A stretch of 64,000 nt of DNA from Picochlorum sp. SENEW3. Its lineage: Eukaryota. The translations under genes and the position numbers were made by a program. Positions within the stretch are counted from its first letter, which is position 1, and each line of letters begins with the position of its first letter. The stretch covers positions 496,001-560,000 of the forward strand of contig CP120455.1 in the NCBI GenBank assembly GCA_034226945.1, read 5' to 3'. This document shows positions 1-13,364 of the stretch, one piece after another. A model generated the notes under the pieces. That model ran no database searches. It was not told the origin of the DNA and worked only from the letters and a program-made list of their open reading frames with translations.

Positions 1-847
1 TTGCTGATATTGTTGTTGTTTTTGCCCGTAATGAAGGCACAAAGGATATCAATGCCTTTCTGGTGAGAAGAGGAAATCCAGGTCTCAAGACGACCAAGAT
101 TGAGAATAAAATTGCGCTTCGGTGTGTTCAAAATGCTGATATCGAGCTCACTGATGCTTTTATTCCAGAGAGTGATCGATTGTCTGGTTTGAATTCCTTC
201 AAGGATGTCAACAAGGTACGAATGCTACACGGGTTTGTCCCTTGACAAAAATACTTGCATATGATTTGAAACGATGACGGTGTGTGTGATTCTGTGTAGG
301 TGTTAGCAGTGAGCAGAATCATGGTTGCATGGCAGCCAATTGGCCTGGCAGTGGGCGTGTATGACATGTACGTGATGCATCTTACGCATACACATTGCAT
401 TCTCAGTGAATTACAATATAATCTTATGCTAAAGAAAAATTATTCTGCAGGTGTGTTCGGTATACAAAACAGAGATCTCAGTTTGAAACCCCAATAGCAG
501 CATTTCAGTTGATTCAGGAAAAGATGCAGCGGATCTTGTCGACAACATCTGCCATGTGGCTCATGGCGTGGAGGGTGACACAGCTTGCTGAAGAGGGTGT
601 GATGACACATGAGCAAGCGTCTCTTGTGAAAGCGTGGACCACACGTCAGGGAAGGGAGGTTGTGAGCTTGGGTCGAGAAATTCTTGGAGGGAACGGGATC
701 CTATCAGACTTTTTGGTTGCCAAAGCATTCTGTGACTGCGAAGCATATTACTCATACGAAGGGACCTATGAAGTGAATTCATTAGTCGTTGGACGAGGGA
801 TCACGGGCATATCTGCCATCCGTCCAAAACAACAACAAACCAGGTGA
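1..847 (+). CDS. ACX4: Acyl-CoA oxidase 4 / glutaryl-CoA-dehydrogenase-like flavoprotein, 3' part (5' end outside window); introns ~216-299 and 368-450
   Basis: Spliced peptide KIENKIALRCVQNADI...SRIMVAWQPIGLAVG...GREILGGNGIL...YSYEGTYEVNSLVVGR; GT-AG introns join the ORF pieces. Confidence 0.85.
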
Positions 848-875
848 TTTGTCTTCTTACCTCATCATTATTATT

Positions 876-2516
876 CTATATCAATTTCGTCAGCTTCATA
901 TACAGCATAATTCCGTAGAATGTCAGCAGACAGCATACTGCAGCAAAAATGTTCACGCCAAAAAATTGTGATACACTGCTGGTTATTTGTTCTGGAATGA
1001 TGAGGTTCTCTCCCAAAATGCCTGCAACCAAATTGAATGGCATGATTGCAAACGTTGCAACGGAGAGGATAATGTCCATACGAATCAACCTATTTCTAGA
1101 AGAATCCAATTCGATATTGATATATTCCTCTGTATCCTTGATGTACTCTCCGACAGATACGAGCTTGTCATACATGGCATCCACTTGCATAAAATAACTT
1201 TCCAGCAGATTTTCCACCTCAAGATGCGCTTCAGCATCAGCCTCTGCATCTTCTTCTTGAGCAAGGCTAGTAGAAATACCACCCTGCGCTTGAGCAGCAA
1301 CAGATGGGTGTGTTGACATGCTAGAGCGTGCAAGAAATGGCCGCCGTAGACTAGATGATATCAGACTCCTACTCATGGCAGGGTGCAGACCATCACCTAC
1401 ATCATTCAACGCTCCCACATCTGGCTGTGATGTGACTCGTATCGCTTCCTCCTCAATTTCCTTTCTCCTTGTCAAGCACATCTTGTCCATATCCTCATCA
1501 TCCTGTAAAAACCTTTCCAATTCATCCCGTACAGCTTCACACCGCACCGTAGTCCGCTGCAACCGAGTTTTAACTTTTCGCACTCGCTCCAAATTCGACG
1601 GATTCACTGCTTTTACGACCGCATCCATGGCTGGCATAATGACGCCTTCAATGTCGGACGCCTGCAGAGAAATTGAGGATATCACTTCCTTTAATGCTGC
1701 TTCTAGCACAATCAATTCAAAGGGCAGCGGCTGAAACTCTTGTTGAACATCTTCACTCATCGAAAGCGTTTCATCATGATGCTCTGGACTCGATGAATCA
1801 TCAACCTGGAACACCTGATTTCCCCTTTCAGGAGATGACTGTGCCAGCTGATCTGCAACCCGAGCCTTGTGATCCAACCATTCATGAATAGCCTCCTCCA
1901 GCAAGTCCAAAAACCTCGCCGTTAAAGGATTTTCTTCGATCTCGTTCCGCGGAAGAATCACCCTATCACACATGATGATGACCCGCACATGCTCCAACGA
2001 TGCAATAATTGCATTCTCTCTCACCAGAATAATGGAATCACAACTCCCCAAAGTATGATCCAGTAACCGCATATCACGAATAGGAATAGAAAGATTTAAT
2101 TTACCGATAAGAGCTCGTTTATCAGCATTCATATACGTCCTCCTTCCATCAGAATCCAAGCAAATCCATCCCAACCTCCTGCACACAGATGCTCACAAGA
2201 TGAACCAAAACACACATGTATGTTCATACAGTATGACGTTTTCAACCCACCGTGCCCGTGGAGCTACTGTACTCGACTTTCTCTTTGACCTTCGCTGCCT
2301 ATGAAGCTGCCTTTTCGATGCCGTGACAGGACTGCTGCCCTGGTATCGTTGCCCTACCTCTCGTACTTCTTCACCCGAAAACAAGGCATCGCTTACCATG
2401 ACCGAAGGAGGGGCAAACCTCTCTCCATATCGCCTTCTACGGGTATTTGAACCATCATGAGACTGCCCCTCATCGTCATTATCAGAAAGAAAAGGTTCCG
2501 TAGGGTCGCCACTCAT
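876..2516 (-). CDS. MRS2: MRS2/CorA-family magnesium transporter (one 5' intron ~2180-2250)
   Basis: RDMRLLD, LVRENAIIASLEHVR, PFELIVLE, LQDDEDM, EVENLLESYF, DTEEYINIELDSSRNRL, two C-terminal TM helices; signature reads GEN instead of GMN. Confidence 0.92.
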
Positions 2517-3002
2517 AAGGTCCTACAAACCGAAACAATCTCAGAAAATGAACAGAATGGCATGCATTCATATAAAATATTGCATCAATATTGACAGTAT
2601 AACTGAGGATTTGAAATGCAGCGTCAATTGCATACAGGGGTGAATGTAGCTCATGTGGGTTTTCAGCGCCTTCTTCTTCCTTCTCAGAAGAAGAGTTTTC
2701 TTTTCTTGGCAAACTGAAGGAAGAAAACGTCCCTTAACAACTGATCAGCGTCTACACATGCTATAACCATTCAACTTCTCTTCTATCTATTGATCGACAA
2801 GAGCACAGATCCCTATAGAAGAGAAGACACGAGAATTCTCTTCGAAGAGAAAATGGTTGCATCCTCCTTGGCAAGGTTGGCTTGAGCAGTCAATGGCCAA
2901 ATGGCATATCCCTCAGTCTGCTACCAAGGATCAATGGCATGCGATGGATACAAAAAAGCATTATTTACACAATAATAATGTGATAGCAGTGCGATCAGAT
3001 CC

Positions 3003-4031
3003 ATGGAGACTGTTATCGACGTTGGCATTCACCTGTACTGGTGGTTGTCAATTTCAGCTGCAAGTCTTGCTGTGTTGCCGATTTATGGTATCGATTGGTT
3101 TCGGTGAGTCTTAAGATCATATTTAATTGGTATGGGGTTGTTCAGAGCAGTTTCTAATAATCGCATTCCATGCGACGTTGTGTGCAGGAATGCAGTCATC
3201 CTTTCAGCGTGCCGAGGAAAATTGACAGATAAGGCCCCATCGCAGGCTCTAGGGGTTTTGAGTGATGCTTTTGTGCCTCAGAAATGGTTTTCTCACTTTT
3301 ATATCGTCGGGTCTGTGTGGAATGCGGTTGTGTTGTTCTTGTTGCAGAAAACCTCACCAGCCTATTTCTCATCGTTGCTGTGTTCCAGCACGCTGATATT
3401 GTTCCAGGTGCACGTCGTCAGACGTTTGATAGAGACATTATATATCATGAAGTATCCAAAGGATGCGCGTATGCATGTGCTTGCGTATGTGTTTGGGTTG
3501 AGTTATTACATCATGGTGCCCATGACGTATGCATATCCACTGTATGCACACCAAGCCTGTCGGCATTCTTCTGTCGTGCGAGAGATCGTGGTACGATGTT
3601 TATGTATCTATTTGTTCAACCATGGATGATTGCATCCATGGTATGATGATATCGTGATGTACATTATGTGAATATATTCATCACATGTTTGTGTCATGCA
3701 GGGTGTTGTTATATGTCTTCTAGGGCAGCTTGTTCAATCGCACTCGCATTATATTCTGTCGACGTTGGGAAAGAATAAAAATACACGTCGATATGTGATA
3801 CCACGTGGAGGTTTATTTCAGTTTGTATCATGTCCCCACTACTTTGGGGAAATTGTGCTGTATGTTGGGCTTGCACTGACAGGGACAGAGGGTACCCTTT
3901 CAGGATGGTATCCATGCGTATGGGTGGTGGTGAATTTGATTCTTGCGGCCAGGATGACGCATGCGTGGTACAAGGAGCATTTCAAGACCTATCCTGCAAC
4001 TCGCAAGGCTTTGATACCATTCATGTACTAA
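3003..4031 (+). CDS. Polyprenol reductase (steroid 5-alpha-reductase family), 3 exons
   Basis: VPQKWFSHFY, HVVRRLIE, YVFGLSYY, IPRGGLFQFVSCPHYFGEIVLY, THAWYKEHFKTYPATRKALIPF; ATG at 3003 with GT-AG introns. Confidence 0.9.
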
Positions 4032-4318
4032 GGGAATCTGATAATTACATGTTTCTTCATTGGCTGAACAAACATCACAGTATTTATAGGATATAATAAT
4101 AATGATATTAGACAATGAATCTGGGATATTCAATATATATATATGATCAAGTTTTTTTTGATTTTCTGTTGCCGTTTTCTACAAAAATAAACCTTCCGTC
4201 TCTCTCCTCTATGAGACGATAGAATCCACCTTTTTTCAGGACACGACAAAGAACAGAGAGAACCCAGAACGATGAGCATTGTGTATTGCAACAATCGCAT
4301 CGCACCATGCTAGCTGCT

Positions 4319-6086
4319 CTACTTTTTCTTTGGGTCCACCTTCATCCATCTGACACCACACGCATTGCACAGAGTCTTGTGTCCAAATGGGCCAGCTCTC
4401 CACACGGGTGTTGTTGTTGCTGTGCACTGTGTACAAAACACTCCTGGTGGAACATCCGAGATCATCATTCCAGTGCGAGGATCCCTGACCTCTCCCTTGA
4501 TCCAGACTTGAGGTGCCCTTCGACTTGGAACTCTGCCACCCCTCCTATTCTTCTGCTGCTGCGCTGCAATGTTCACATAACTTCTCTGTGCACTTGCCCT
4601 TTTACTGCGTGTCGTCACTGGTGCAATCTGCTTCTTGGACGAGGCACGGCTGAGACGTGAACTCTGACGAATTTCCATACTCTCTGGACCAGTGGGGTTG
4701 ACTGAATCATCATCACTGGATCCAAAATCGTACCCATCGTCATCATCCACTTTACGCCGCATTCTGCGCCTGGTGCTCTGTCTCACTGCAGGTTTGTTGG
4801 CTCCCTGAGAAGTCTCAACAGGCGCCACACGAGCTTCTTCAAGAGACTTGCCCTTGACAGACTCTGCCAGGGTCGCAGCAGCTTCTGGAAGGGGAATGTC
4901 CATCCATGAGCCATCTTCGGTTCTGATTCCAAGCGCTTCCAGCTCTTCTGGCAAGTATGCTCCCGGTCCTGGCACCACTGCACTGGTATCACACATTCCA
5001 AAGTGCCCAGGAGACATGGAGCACCATGCTCCGCTTGGGCACCCTTGCCATGATGCCTGATAGCACAAAGCAGCTCCTGCTTGGAGGCATTGGAGATTCA
5101 ACAACGCCACCGCCAAAGGAACATGGCGCATTCCTCGCAGCGATTTGCTCTTCTTGGCAGTATCATCCAAGGCACTGCCATCGTCATCACTGCCATCCTT
5201 GGTCGACTGCACCAACATGTCCCAGTTCTCCCCAAGTGGATGAGCTGTCCCAGCCATTGGAGTCTTTGGCAACATTCGAAGCGAGTCGTCCCCCTCCTCA
5301 GAGTCCATCCAAGGCTTTTGTGTCTGGACAGGCACCATGGGATGCACATTTTCATTCCCTCCATTCTCAAAGTCGTTGGAACTGCGAATGAGAACAGAGG
5401 AATTGTTCATCCTGGATGATGGCCCCATTCCAAATGCATCCATAGCCCCAGGATCATTCCTACAACATACATGCATAGACATGAGTATATTGATATGACA
5501 CGAAGAAAGGTGGACAAGGGCACTATTCGCAGTACCAAACGATGACTGTATGGTACTGCGAATAATATTCTCCAAGAGAATCGTCTGGAGACCCTCCGCC
5601 TTTCCACCCTACCCCTGCACAAGACTGCATAAAACCACATACCATGCACAATCAGAAGCTCCGAGGTCCATCTGGGGTTCATCGAACTTCCCATCGTGCA
5701 CCAACGGCCCGGCGGTGGAGCACGTGCCACGTTCGATGGAGCCCTGACCGGGGCCGTTGATACCCTCAAACTCATCGGCGATTTCAAGCAACCCAACGGA
5801 TCCATATGGTTGGAGTGGCAAAAGATCTTGCATCTGAGACACATCACTCTCCATAACGTCCGTCAGAGAAGCATCGTTCAATGCCGCGTACAGGTCATCT
5901 CCAAGCGGTGGAACGGACGACTGCAAACATAGCACCGTCAGAACTGGGCACTCATGACACACATACTATGACAACCATGAATACTGTAAAAGGAAAACGT
6001 ACCCCACAGCCCATACTATGTTGAGGCATGAGAATAGGCAACGAGTCAACGTCGCACGTCGAAAGCGGTGCTGCTTCAAAGGGCAT
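4319..6086 (-). CDS. GATA-type zinc-finger transcription factor, multi-exon (5' exons approximate)
   Basis: C-terminal [27 protein letters not shown] (C-x2-C-x18-C-x2-C); upstream exons linked by gtacgt/gtatgt...cag introns, candidate ATG at 6086. Confidence 0.85.
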
Positions 6087-6628
6087 GTCGAACTGTATTT
6101 CTGGTAACAACCCTGTTTATTCTTTTTATACTATCAAAAGATATATACTAGACCTATTTATGAACTATTTTTATGCGACGAGAGGATGGGAGACATTGGA
6201 CAACGTACGAGATGCAGCGACGTGGTTGAGTCGGATGCGTCATGTGACACGTTTTCGAGAGACACCTGTGGCCCAGTCATGGCCAGTTGATTGCCCTAGG
6301 AGGCATGGCGTGGTAGTTTCTTGATCTATCGTCCTGTTTCTAGAGTCATGGGGGGTTGGGAGGATGGGAGCAGGCGTCTAGAGCGCCAAAGGCACATGGG
6401 TCCACTTTTGGGCTGCAGAGGTCTACGCAGCTGCGTAGCACCAACGCGCGTCTGGCGTGTGCGTGCCCTTGCTCCAGAGGGCGAAGCTGGTGAGGAAGAT
6501 GGCGGGCAGCTATGTGGCGTGCTTCCCCGGAAGGTCTCATGATACATTCTGTACTCGAATACTAAGTTGGAGGAATTCAGCGCGGGCATTTCGTGGGCAT
6601 TTTGCCACCATTTGCCACGATGCAGCGT

Positions 6629-6650
6629 TGGAGGCTTCTAGAAGCCTCCA
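6629..6650. promoter_or_regulatory. 22-bp perfect palindrome containing a heat-shock-element-like core (TTCtaGAA), upstream of the GATA gene
   Basis: TGGAGGCTTCTAGAAGCCTCCA is its own reverse complement; pattern GAG-nn-TTC-nn-GAA-nn-CTC; G-box/ABRE-like TGACGTGGC ~10 bp downstream. Confidence 0.4.
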
Positions 6651-7011
6651 CCTAGAAGGCTGACGTGGCCGCCTCCCTGTGAGTCATTGGCCCCAGGGAA
6701 AGGGCTATTATGGTTGGCCACGCGTCTCTAGTGGTATCATAGATCGTGTGTTCATGTCTGTGATGCGAATATTTGGCGTATGGTGCCTCGATGGGATCGG
6801 CAGAGGCTGTTAGGCGGTTGTCCCGGTGGTTGTCCCTGGTCATTTTTGAAAAGTGGCGCCGGCTGCGCCCTTGGCGGGAACGAGGGTTCGTCATTTTAGG
6901 AAAGTCGGAATACCACATCCGACCACAAGTCCAACATGTTGGGAATTCTCTGGGAACACGGCGCGACTTCTGTTCCTGTTGTTCTTGGCCTTTTGTTCGT
7001 AGGAAGACATG

Positions 7012-9523
7012 TTACAATACGTGTGAAAGACGGCGTAGAAACTCTTCTCCACTGGAGAAGATCTCTGCAGTACTCTGCTGTGGAGGCATGTCTGAGGAAG
7101 AAATGGGTTGGTTGTCATCCATTTCTTCATCACTGCTGTGTGGTCGCTCATATGCGACTTCCATAAAACTATCTTTCACCAATTGGAGAGAAACTGATAG
7201 CGTCTTGGAGCTGGATGGCATGAGGATGCCTTCTGTAAAGCCCATCTGTCCATCTTGGATGCTTGCATGACCAAATATCTTTTGCATGATTGCATCGGGA
7301 TTGTCATCAGCAGGACACGAAAACTGCAAGGGCTCTGCCGGCCTCGGAAAGTTTGCAAATTCATCAATATCCTCGTTTGCTACAGCCATGCCTATGGCAT
7401 TGATGTGGAGTAGACCTGTCGAATTGATGCTGGGTTTGAAAGCATCCAGTTGACTTGTGACATGGTCTGTGAGCACGTTCTTCAGGCATTCCCACATAGC
7501 ATGAGATATTGCTGCAGCTGCATTCACTTGGCTGGAAGGCACATCTTTGGTACCGCAAAGTTCATGCTCCTGGCTATTTTTGTATCCCACCAGGGATGCC
7601 TGCAAAGATGCCAAAAACATAGTCATTGTCATACTGCCATCTTCACTGCCCATCGTCGTTTCAGATAACGCCCTAAATACACTTTGTAAGGCCACGAATA
7701 TCCCTGGAGTCGCACAAGGGCTGCCCAAAAGGGTCCACAGAAAAGACATGAGTGCCCGAACACAGCGTGTGCTGGTCAAAGAACTTGGAGGAGCCGCTTC
7801 GAACGTATGCCTGAGTATGCCCAAGCATTTCATGATTGATACTTTCATAGTGTCTGAACTATTATCGAGTGGCGAGCATATCGATTGCATGGAGGTAACC
7901 ATGGTCTCTGTGACATTGCAATCGTCTGCACTGTCCACTGGAATATCCAAATAGGTTGATCCAGCAGCCTCACAGAGCCACAGAGTACCCACAGATTCAT
8001 TATCCATATGACTTAATGCAGCTTCGATGACAGATGCAACCTGGCAGCGAGAGTGTGTCTGTTTAGCCAGTGTGCACACAGCATCATAGACTGCTGATCT
8101 CCAACCAGCCTGATGCATTGTGTACTGCACGGTATCCCGCCCAATATCGTTCTCACTGAAAATCGGTCCCATGATTCGTATCATAAGTAGCAAAAGGGCT
8201 GCAGAATCAGTGCTCCGGAGGAGCTGTGCCTGGGAGAGAGTGACATGCAATAGTGCCTTTTTCTGCACCTCTCCAGCATCTGCCTTCAACGATGCCAAAT
8301 GACGAAGTAACGAGCATGACAGAGCATACACTTGGTGATCCAATGTACAAGAGTCTCTCAAAACACCCAAGCCGACTTCCAAAGCAGCACCACCGGACCA
8401 TCTGGAAGGTTTCTTCTCCATAAAGTCAATCCAATACTCAGTGACATTCCTACTCTCAACAGAATCCAGGGTTACCGCACCAATCTCTTTGAAAATCAAT
8501 ATGGCGGCCTGGCATGGAGTCGATGCTCTCATTCTCGCACCGATTGATAACCGACTCATGGCCAAGGAGTTGACATCATCCTTGAGCACTTTGCTTGCCT
8601 GGTATGCAGTGATGGCAGCATCACCCTCTGCATCAATGATTTTCAAAGCCGATGTGGTAATCATATCCATATGTCTCGCCGCGTACGATATACGAGAGCA
8701 CAGTCGTAAATGCTCCAACAGACATTGCAGAGCGACAGCTGACACAGACTCTGCCATGGCGTCATCTCTGCCAGCAGAAGTAGGCACTGCCAATCGACAC
8801 ACCAACGGTACAAAATTATCCAGCTTTATAATAAATTCTGCTGAATCTTGGATTTTAATCATATGCAAAAGAAGCTCGATTCCCCATGACTGCACCAACG
8901 TGCTCTTATCCGACAGCAAAACACCAACTACACTCTCCAAATGAGAGGTCCCATGAGCAAGGCTTTGTGTATTCAAGACACCAAACCGGACAGATTTCTT
9001 CTGCACAATATGATACAATACATTCACTCAATACGTTCAAATAAAAATCTCCCTTTCTCCTATTAAAAACTACACATGATGGACATGCACGCACTGGGAA
9101 TGCAATCAGGAGCTCTTGGGCATACAACCTTGCAAACCTATTATCACACGCTTGCAAAAGCACACGGTATGTTTCTACAGCCACCCGTACGTATCCTAAT
9201 TTCCTCTTCCGTAAATCAGAATGCAATGTTCTCCCCAGTCGACGAGAAACCTGCACACCATCATGAAATAATAATAATAACCTCTTCTTCTTCTTCTTCT
9301 ACTACTAGAACGTCCTCTTCTGACAACATACCTTTGGTATACGGTGTTCATTCCTCTCTAAATAATCTGATATTCTCTTAATATTCTTCTCTACCCCAAC
9401 AGGAAGCTTTTTCGTCGGACTAGGCTCGGTGACTGGAAACACAGCAGGAACAAGCAGATTGTACCGCTTGACCGGAACTTTAGCCGCTGTCGCAACCCCA
9501 AAGCAATTACATCCGATATCCAT
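7012..9523 (-). CDS. EFR3: EFR3-like armadillo/HEAT-repeat protein, 3 exons
   Basis: N-terminal Cys motif (MDIGCNCFG), PVKRYNLLVPAVFP, KRISDYLERNEHRIPKV, LGYVRVAVETYRVLLQAC typical of the EFR3 N-terminus; long helical ORF 7012-9027. Confidence 0.7.
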
Positions 9524-9885
9524 TATGTATTAAATGGTCGATCTATCTGCCCATCAGCACCAGAGACGTTGTTTTTTTTGTTGAGAACAAGATGAAGAAA
9601 AAAAACCGACTTTGACAAGTCAGTATCGGATGATGAAAACTACAAGCCTCGATTAGCTGCTCGTTATATCATTATAATAAAGTGCTCTATCATTATTAGA
9701 AATAGTGCCTAATTCGAGCACCCTTTACAGGTATCGCCGAGTCCAGATCAAGACCGACACAGGGACTCATTCCTTGAGGATGAGAATTCTCATGAGCACC
9801 ATGGATGATTGATCAATCAGCATAACTCATGATTTATGTTTACTCTAATCGCCTTTACATACACATCTACAGCAAGGTACTACTA

Positions 9886-11037
9886 CTAACAATGTTTGCT
9901 CTTCTCAAAATCCTCTGGCAACTCGAGGCACACTCTTCCAAACTCTAATGATCTGAAATCCCGAAGCAGCCTCTGTCCAGCACGCTCAGGCTCATCATTA
10001 AAGTGCTTTTCTGCAACAGCAAGCACATAGTCTTCCACTGTGCACCCATCTATAGGTATTCCATACCTCTTCTCTACTTTATTTAGTATTCTATCCCCAT
10101 CTGGCAAGGTATCAAATGTTGCCAACAGTGCTGCAGCAACCATGGAAGCAACATATGATGCCTCTCCAATATCATTGCACATTGCCAGCTTTTGGGCAGC
10201 GTTCTGATTCTTCAGAGACATGGGGATGATTCCAGGTGCATCAAGTAAGTCTAATTCTCCTCCTATTCGCATCCATCGAAGCGATCGGGTGACCCCAGGG
10301 CGTGGTGCACTGTCTGCCATTCTCCGACCCAACAAGCGATTGATGAGAGCAGACTTGCCCACATTGGGAAACCCTACAACAACCGCCCGCACTGGCCTTG
10401 GACGCAGCCCTCGACTCGTACGTTTCGCATTCATTTTTTCACTCACTTGCAATGCATGTTTCACTACAGATGCAACTCCATCTCCTTTGTTTGCATTGGT
10501 CCATGACACAGAATGCCCCCTCTCCTTGAAGAATGCAGACCATTCTTTTGCCTCATCATCGTTCACCATATCGCGGCGATTCAGAACCATCACCCGAGGC
10601 TTTGACCCCACCCATTTAGGAATCGATGGATGCCTCGTTGACATTGGTATCCTCCCATCCCTCACCTCGAGCACCATATCCACAGCTCGCAGCTGCTCCT
10701 TGAGCTCTTGCTCAGCCTTGGCAATATGCCCTGGATACCACTGCACCATTCTCACTGCCTCCACTGGATTGATCTTTTGTTCAATTTCTTTTAAGAGAGG
10801 GTCATCCTCGGGAGCTCTCACTGTACGCTGTAGTAAAGATTTCCCTCGATTGGGCCGTTTTGCCCAAGTGGCCACATTCCTGCCGCTCTGATGTATTCGA
10901 GATCTATGATATGTGTTGTACATGTGTTTTGTATTCAAACTATTGATATTCACCATCTCTGAATGACAGACGAGACGAGTATCAGCACACGACATGCGAC
11001 ATGCAAGGCCTGCGTGTGCATTGAGACCTGTCTGCAT
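9886..11037 (-). CDS. rbgA: Circularly permuted ribosome-biogenesis GTPase RbgA/YlqF, probably plastid-targeted
   Basis: VQWYPGHIAKA, EVRDGRIP, NRRD (G4), GFPNVGKS (G1), PGVT (G2), LLDAPG (G3); N-terminal transit-like extension. Confidence 0.93.
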   Translation of the reverse strand: MQTGLNAHAGLACRMSCADTRLVCHSEMVNINSLNTKHMYNTYHRSRIHQSGRNVATWAKRPNRGKSLLQRTVRAPEDDPLLKEIEQKINPVEAVRMVQWYPGHIAKAEQELKEQLRAVDMVLEVRDGRIPMSTRHPSIPKWVGSKPRVMVLNRRDMVNDDEAKEWSAFFKERGHSVSWTNANKGDGVASVVKHALQVSEKMNAKRTSRGLRPRPVRAVVVGFPNVGKSALINRLLGRRMADSAPRPGVTRSLRWMRIGGELDLLDAPGIIPMSLKNQNAAQKLAMCNDIGEASYVASMVAAALLATFDTLPDGDRILNKVEKRYGIPIDGCTVEDYVLAVAEKHFNDEPERAGQRLLRDFRSLEFGRVCLELPEDFEKSKHC

Positions 11038-11381
11038 CCTTAATGCTCGATATCAGCATAGAAATTCAATACTACTATTCTAGGTCGATAATTAATGGAT
11101 GATATTTCCTTGGAAGACAATTTCTATGTCGTACGTACCATAAGTTCCATGATGCAGTATGGCGTGATGTTACATAGGTATCCCATATATTCCTATCAAA
11201 GGGATTCTTGGATGGGACAATAGGCACTTGAGTAGGTTAACCCCGCGTCCCAATTCATCAAGACCGAGCGCGGGCGTCTGCAAATAAACACCACGATGTC
11301 GTCCTGAGACACTGTATACTGAAATTCTTCTAATAAATTATTCATCAAATTCGTTGTCTATATACTTCAGTGTCATGGACT

Positions 11382-12869
11382 ATGAATGCTCTGTTCTGCC
11401 TTGAACCAATCGATCTCGTCATGGGAGACATGCAATATTCAGTTCCCAGAGTTACGGGAGAGGGGTGGCGTTTTGTTGATCAGAGCGCAGCAATAAGACA
11501 GTTGAAGAAATACGAGGTACGATTGATAGAGGTTGCTTGTATCTAGGGTGTGAATGTTGAAATACATGGTGCCGCGGGACACACTATGCGGCTGTCCGCG
11601 CTTGACATTGGCCAATATTGGGTTTGTTTTGTCGAGTCTTCGATGCGGTTCTGTCATCTAGGAGATGTGTTGGATGATATTTGTTGGATAGAATACGGCA
11701 TGCTGACCATACGAGTGCGTTGACACGTGCAGGCTGTGTCTGCTGTGCCTAGTATCTATGTGACAGGTATCCCGCTCTCTGGCCATCCCATGAGTGACGA
11801 GGAGGGGTTGCGGAATGAATTCGAAGAGTTTGGTGCCATTTCTGATATATACTTTGTCTCACAACAGTCCCGAGATGGGAACACCCCAAAGAGCAGCAGA
11901 GGGGCTTCGCCATCTTGGAGCAACCGTGATGATGATGGTGATGGTGATGATGATGGCGATGATGATGGTGATTCGAATACGTCGTTCCGGACTGCCATTG
12001 TCAAATATGAGAGCTGGACAGCAGCTGAGAAAGCGTATCTAAAATACAATAATAATAGTAATAATGCTTCATCAGGGGGAGAATGCGAGGAGGATGCGCG
12101 TATTTGTGTTCGGTATGCTCGCCCCAGAAGCTCTGGTGATGAGGCAATCAGTCCTCGCAGGCTGTTCATAGGACAAATTCCACGTGATTGCACACAAACA
12201 GACCTTCAGAATCAGTTTTTAAGATTTGGAAATATCATTGAGCTGTCCATGTTTGATAAAAACAGCAAAGGAATGCCTTTGTGTGCATTTATAGAGTATG
12301 ATTCTTGGGCTGCAAGCGACAAGGCGATTGCTGAATGTCATGGCAAGGTCGTGTTTTCATCTTCCTCGGCCGACAAGCATCAAAATAAAGCAATCGTTGT
12401 CAAGTATGCGAAAGCGAAAATATCTCCGAGTTCCTCTCAGATGCAGATGCAGACGCAGGGAGCGATGCACGCAAGCCCTGGAGGAGTTTACTGGCCAATT
12501 CCGCTGTATCCAGCTTACGTTGGTCCATACGAGCAACCCATGTACCCGGTATTTTACCAGCCACTCCCAGAAGCAACCAGGTATCAAGAACATGTGGACA
12601 GGAGAAAGCTCTTTATAGGTCAATTGCCTCTGTATGCAACAGAAGATGCCTTGATGAGTATCTTCTCCAGCTTTGGTGTTGTGGAGCGCGTCAGCATTCT
12701 GCCTCAACGAGGCTGTGGGTTTGTCACATTCCAGTATAGAGACCAGGCTACATTAGCCGCGCAGAACATGAATGGTCGCCCATATAGAGAAGGATCACGA
12801 CCGATGGTTGTCAAATTCGCCTCAAGGAGAACTCGGGCAACAAGCCCATCTGGATCTGCAGATTCATGA
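11382..12869 (+). CDS. Three-RRM RNA-binding protein (CELF/Bruno/FCA-like); intron ~11517-11732
   Basis: RRMs: SIYVTGIP...AIVKY; RRLFIGQIP...CAFIEY; RKLFIGQLP...RGCGFVTF...PMVVKFA. Confidence 0.8.
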
Positions 12870-13364
12870 ATGTGGCCGTATTCTTTATGTTCAACTCGAG
12901 ACATGATAGTGATGGATGAACTGGAACATGGGTATTGTTGAGGATGCCATCAGCACATTATACCTGTTTATTTGTCGTCATATATTTTTTAAATGAGAAT
13001 ACTTCTCATCATGCCATGCCATGAGAAGTACATTGCTGGAATTATTATTATTACCTTATTACATGTTGATGATGTTTTTTTAATTACCTTTACTATGATG
13101 TAAGGATTTAATACCTATAGATGCATCCAAATCATCCAAGTGTGAGTGATTGTCCAGTCAGCAGCAGATACATCCAGTCGACTGGATGACAGATTCAATC
13201 TGGCATTGTTGGCATTGTTGGCATGCCTTCCAAAGATGTTTTGAGTGGCCTGTATCGCCCCGTCTTCTCATATCTCAATTTTTCTATTTGATTAGAAGAT
13301 TTTCCCAGCGTTATTTCAGAAATCGCAGCGATAGTCCCAGTCTTTTCTCTTTCCTGTCGCTGAC

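Noticed and set aside
10220..10891. Long antisense ORFs (also 23218-24078, 33730-34530, 52280-52990)
   Set aside because: Shadow ORFs opposite well-supported genes, with no independent motifs.
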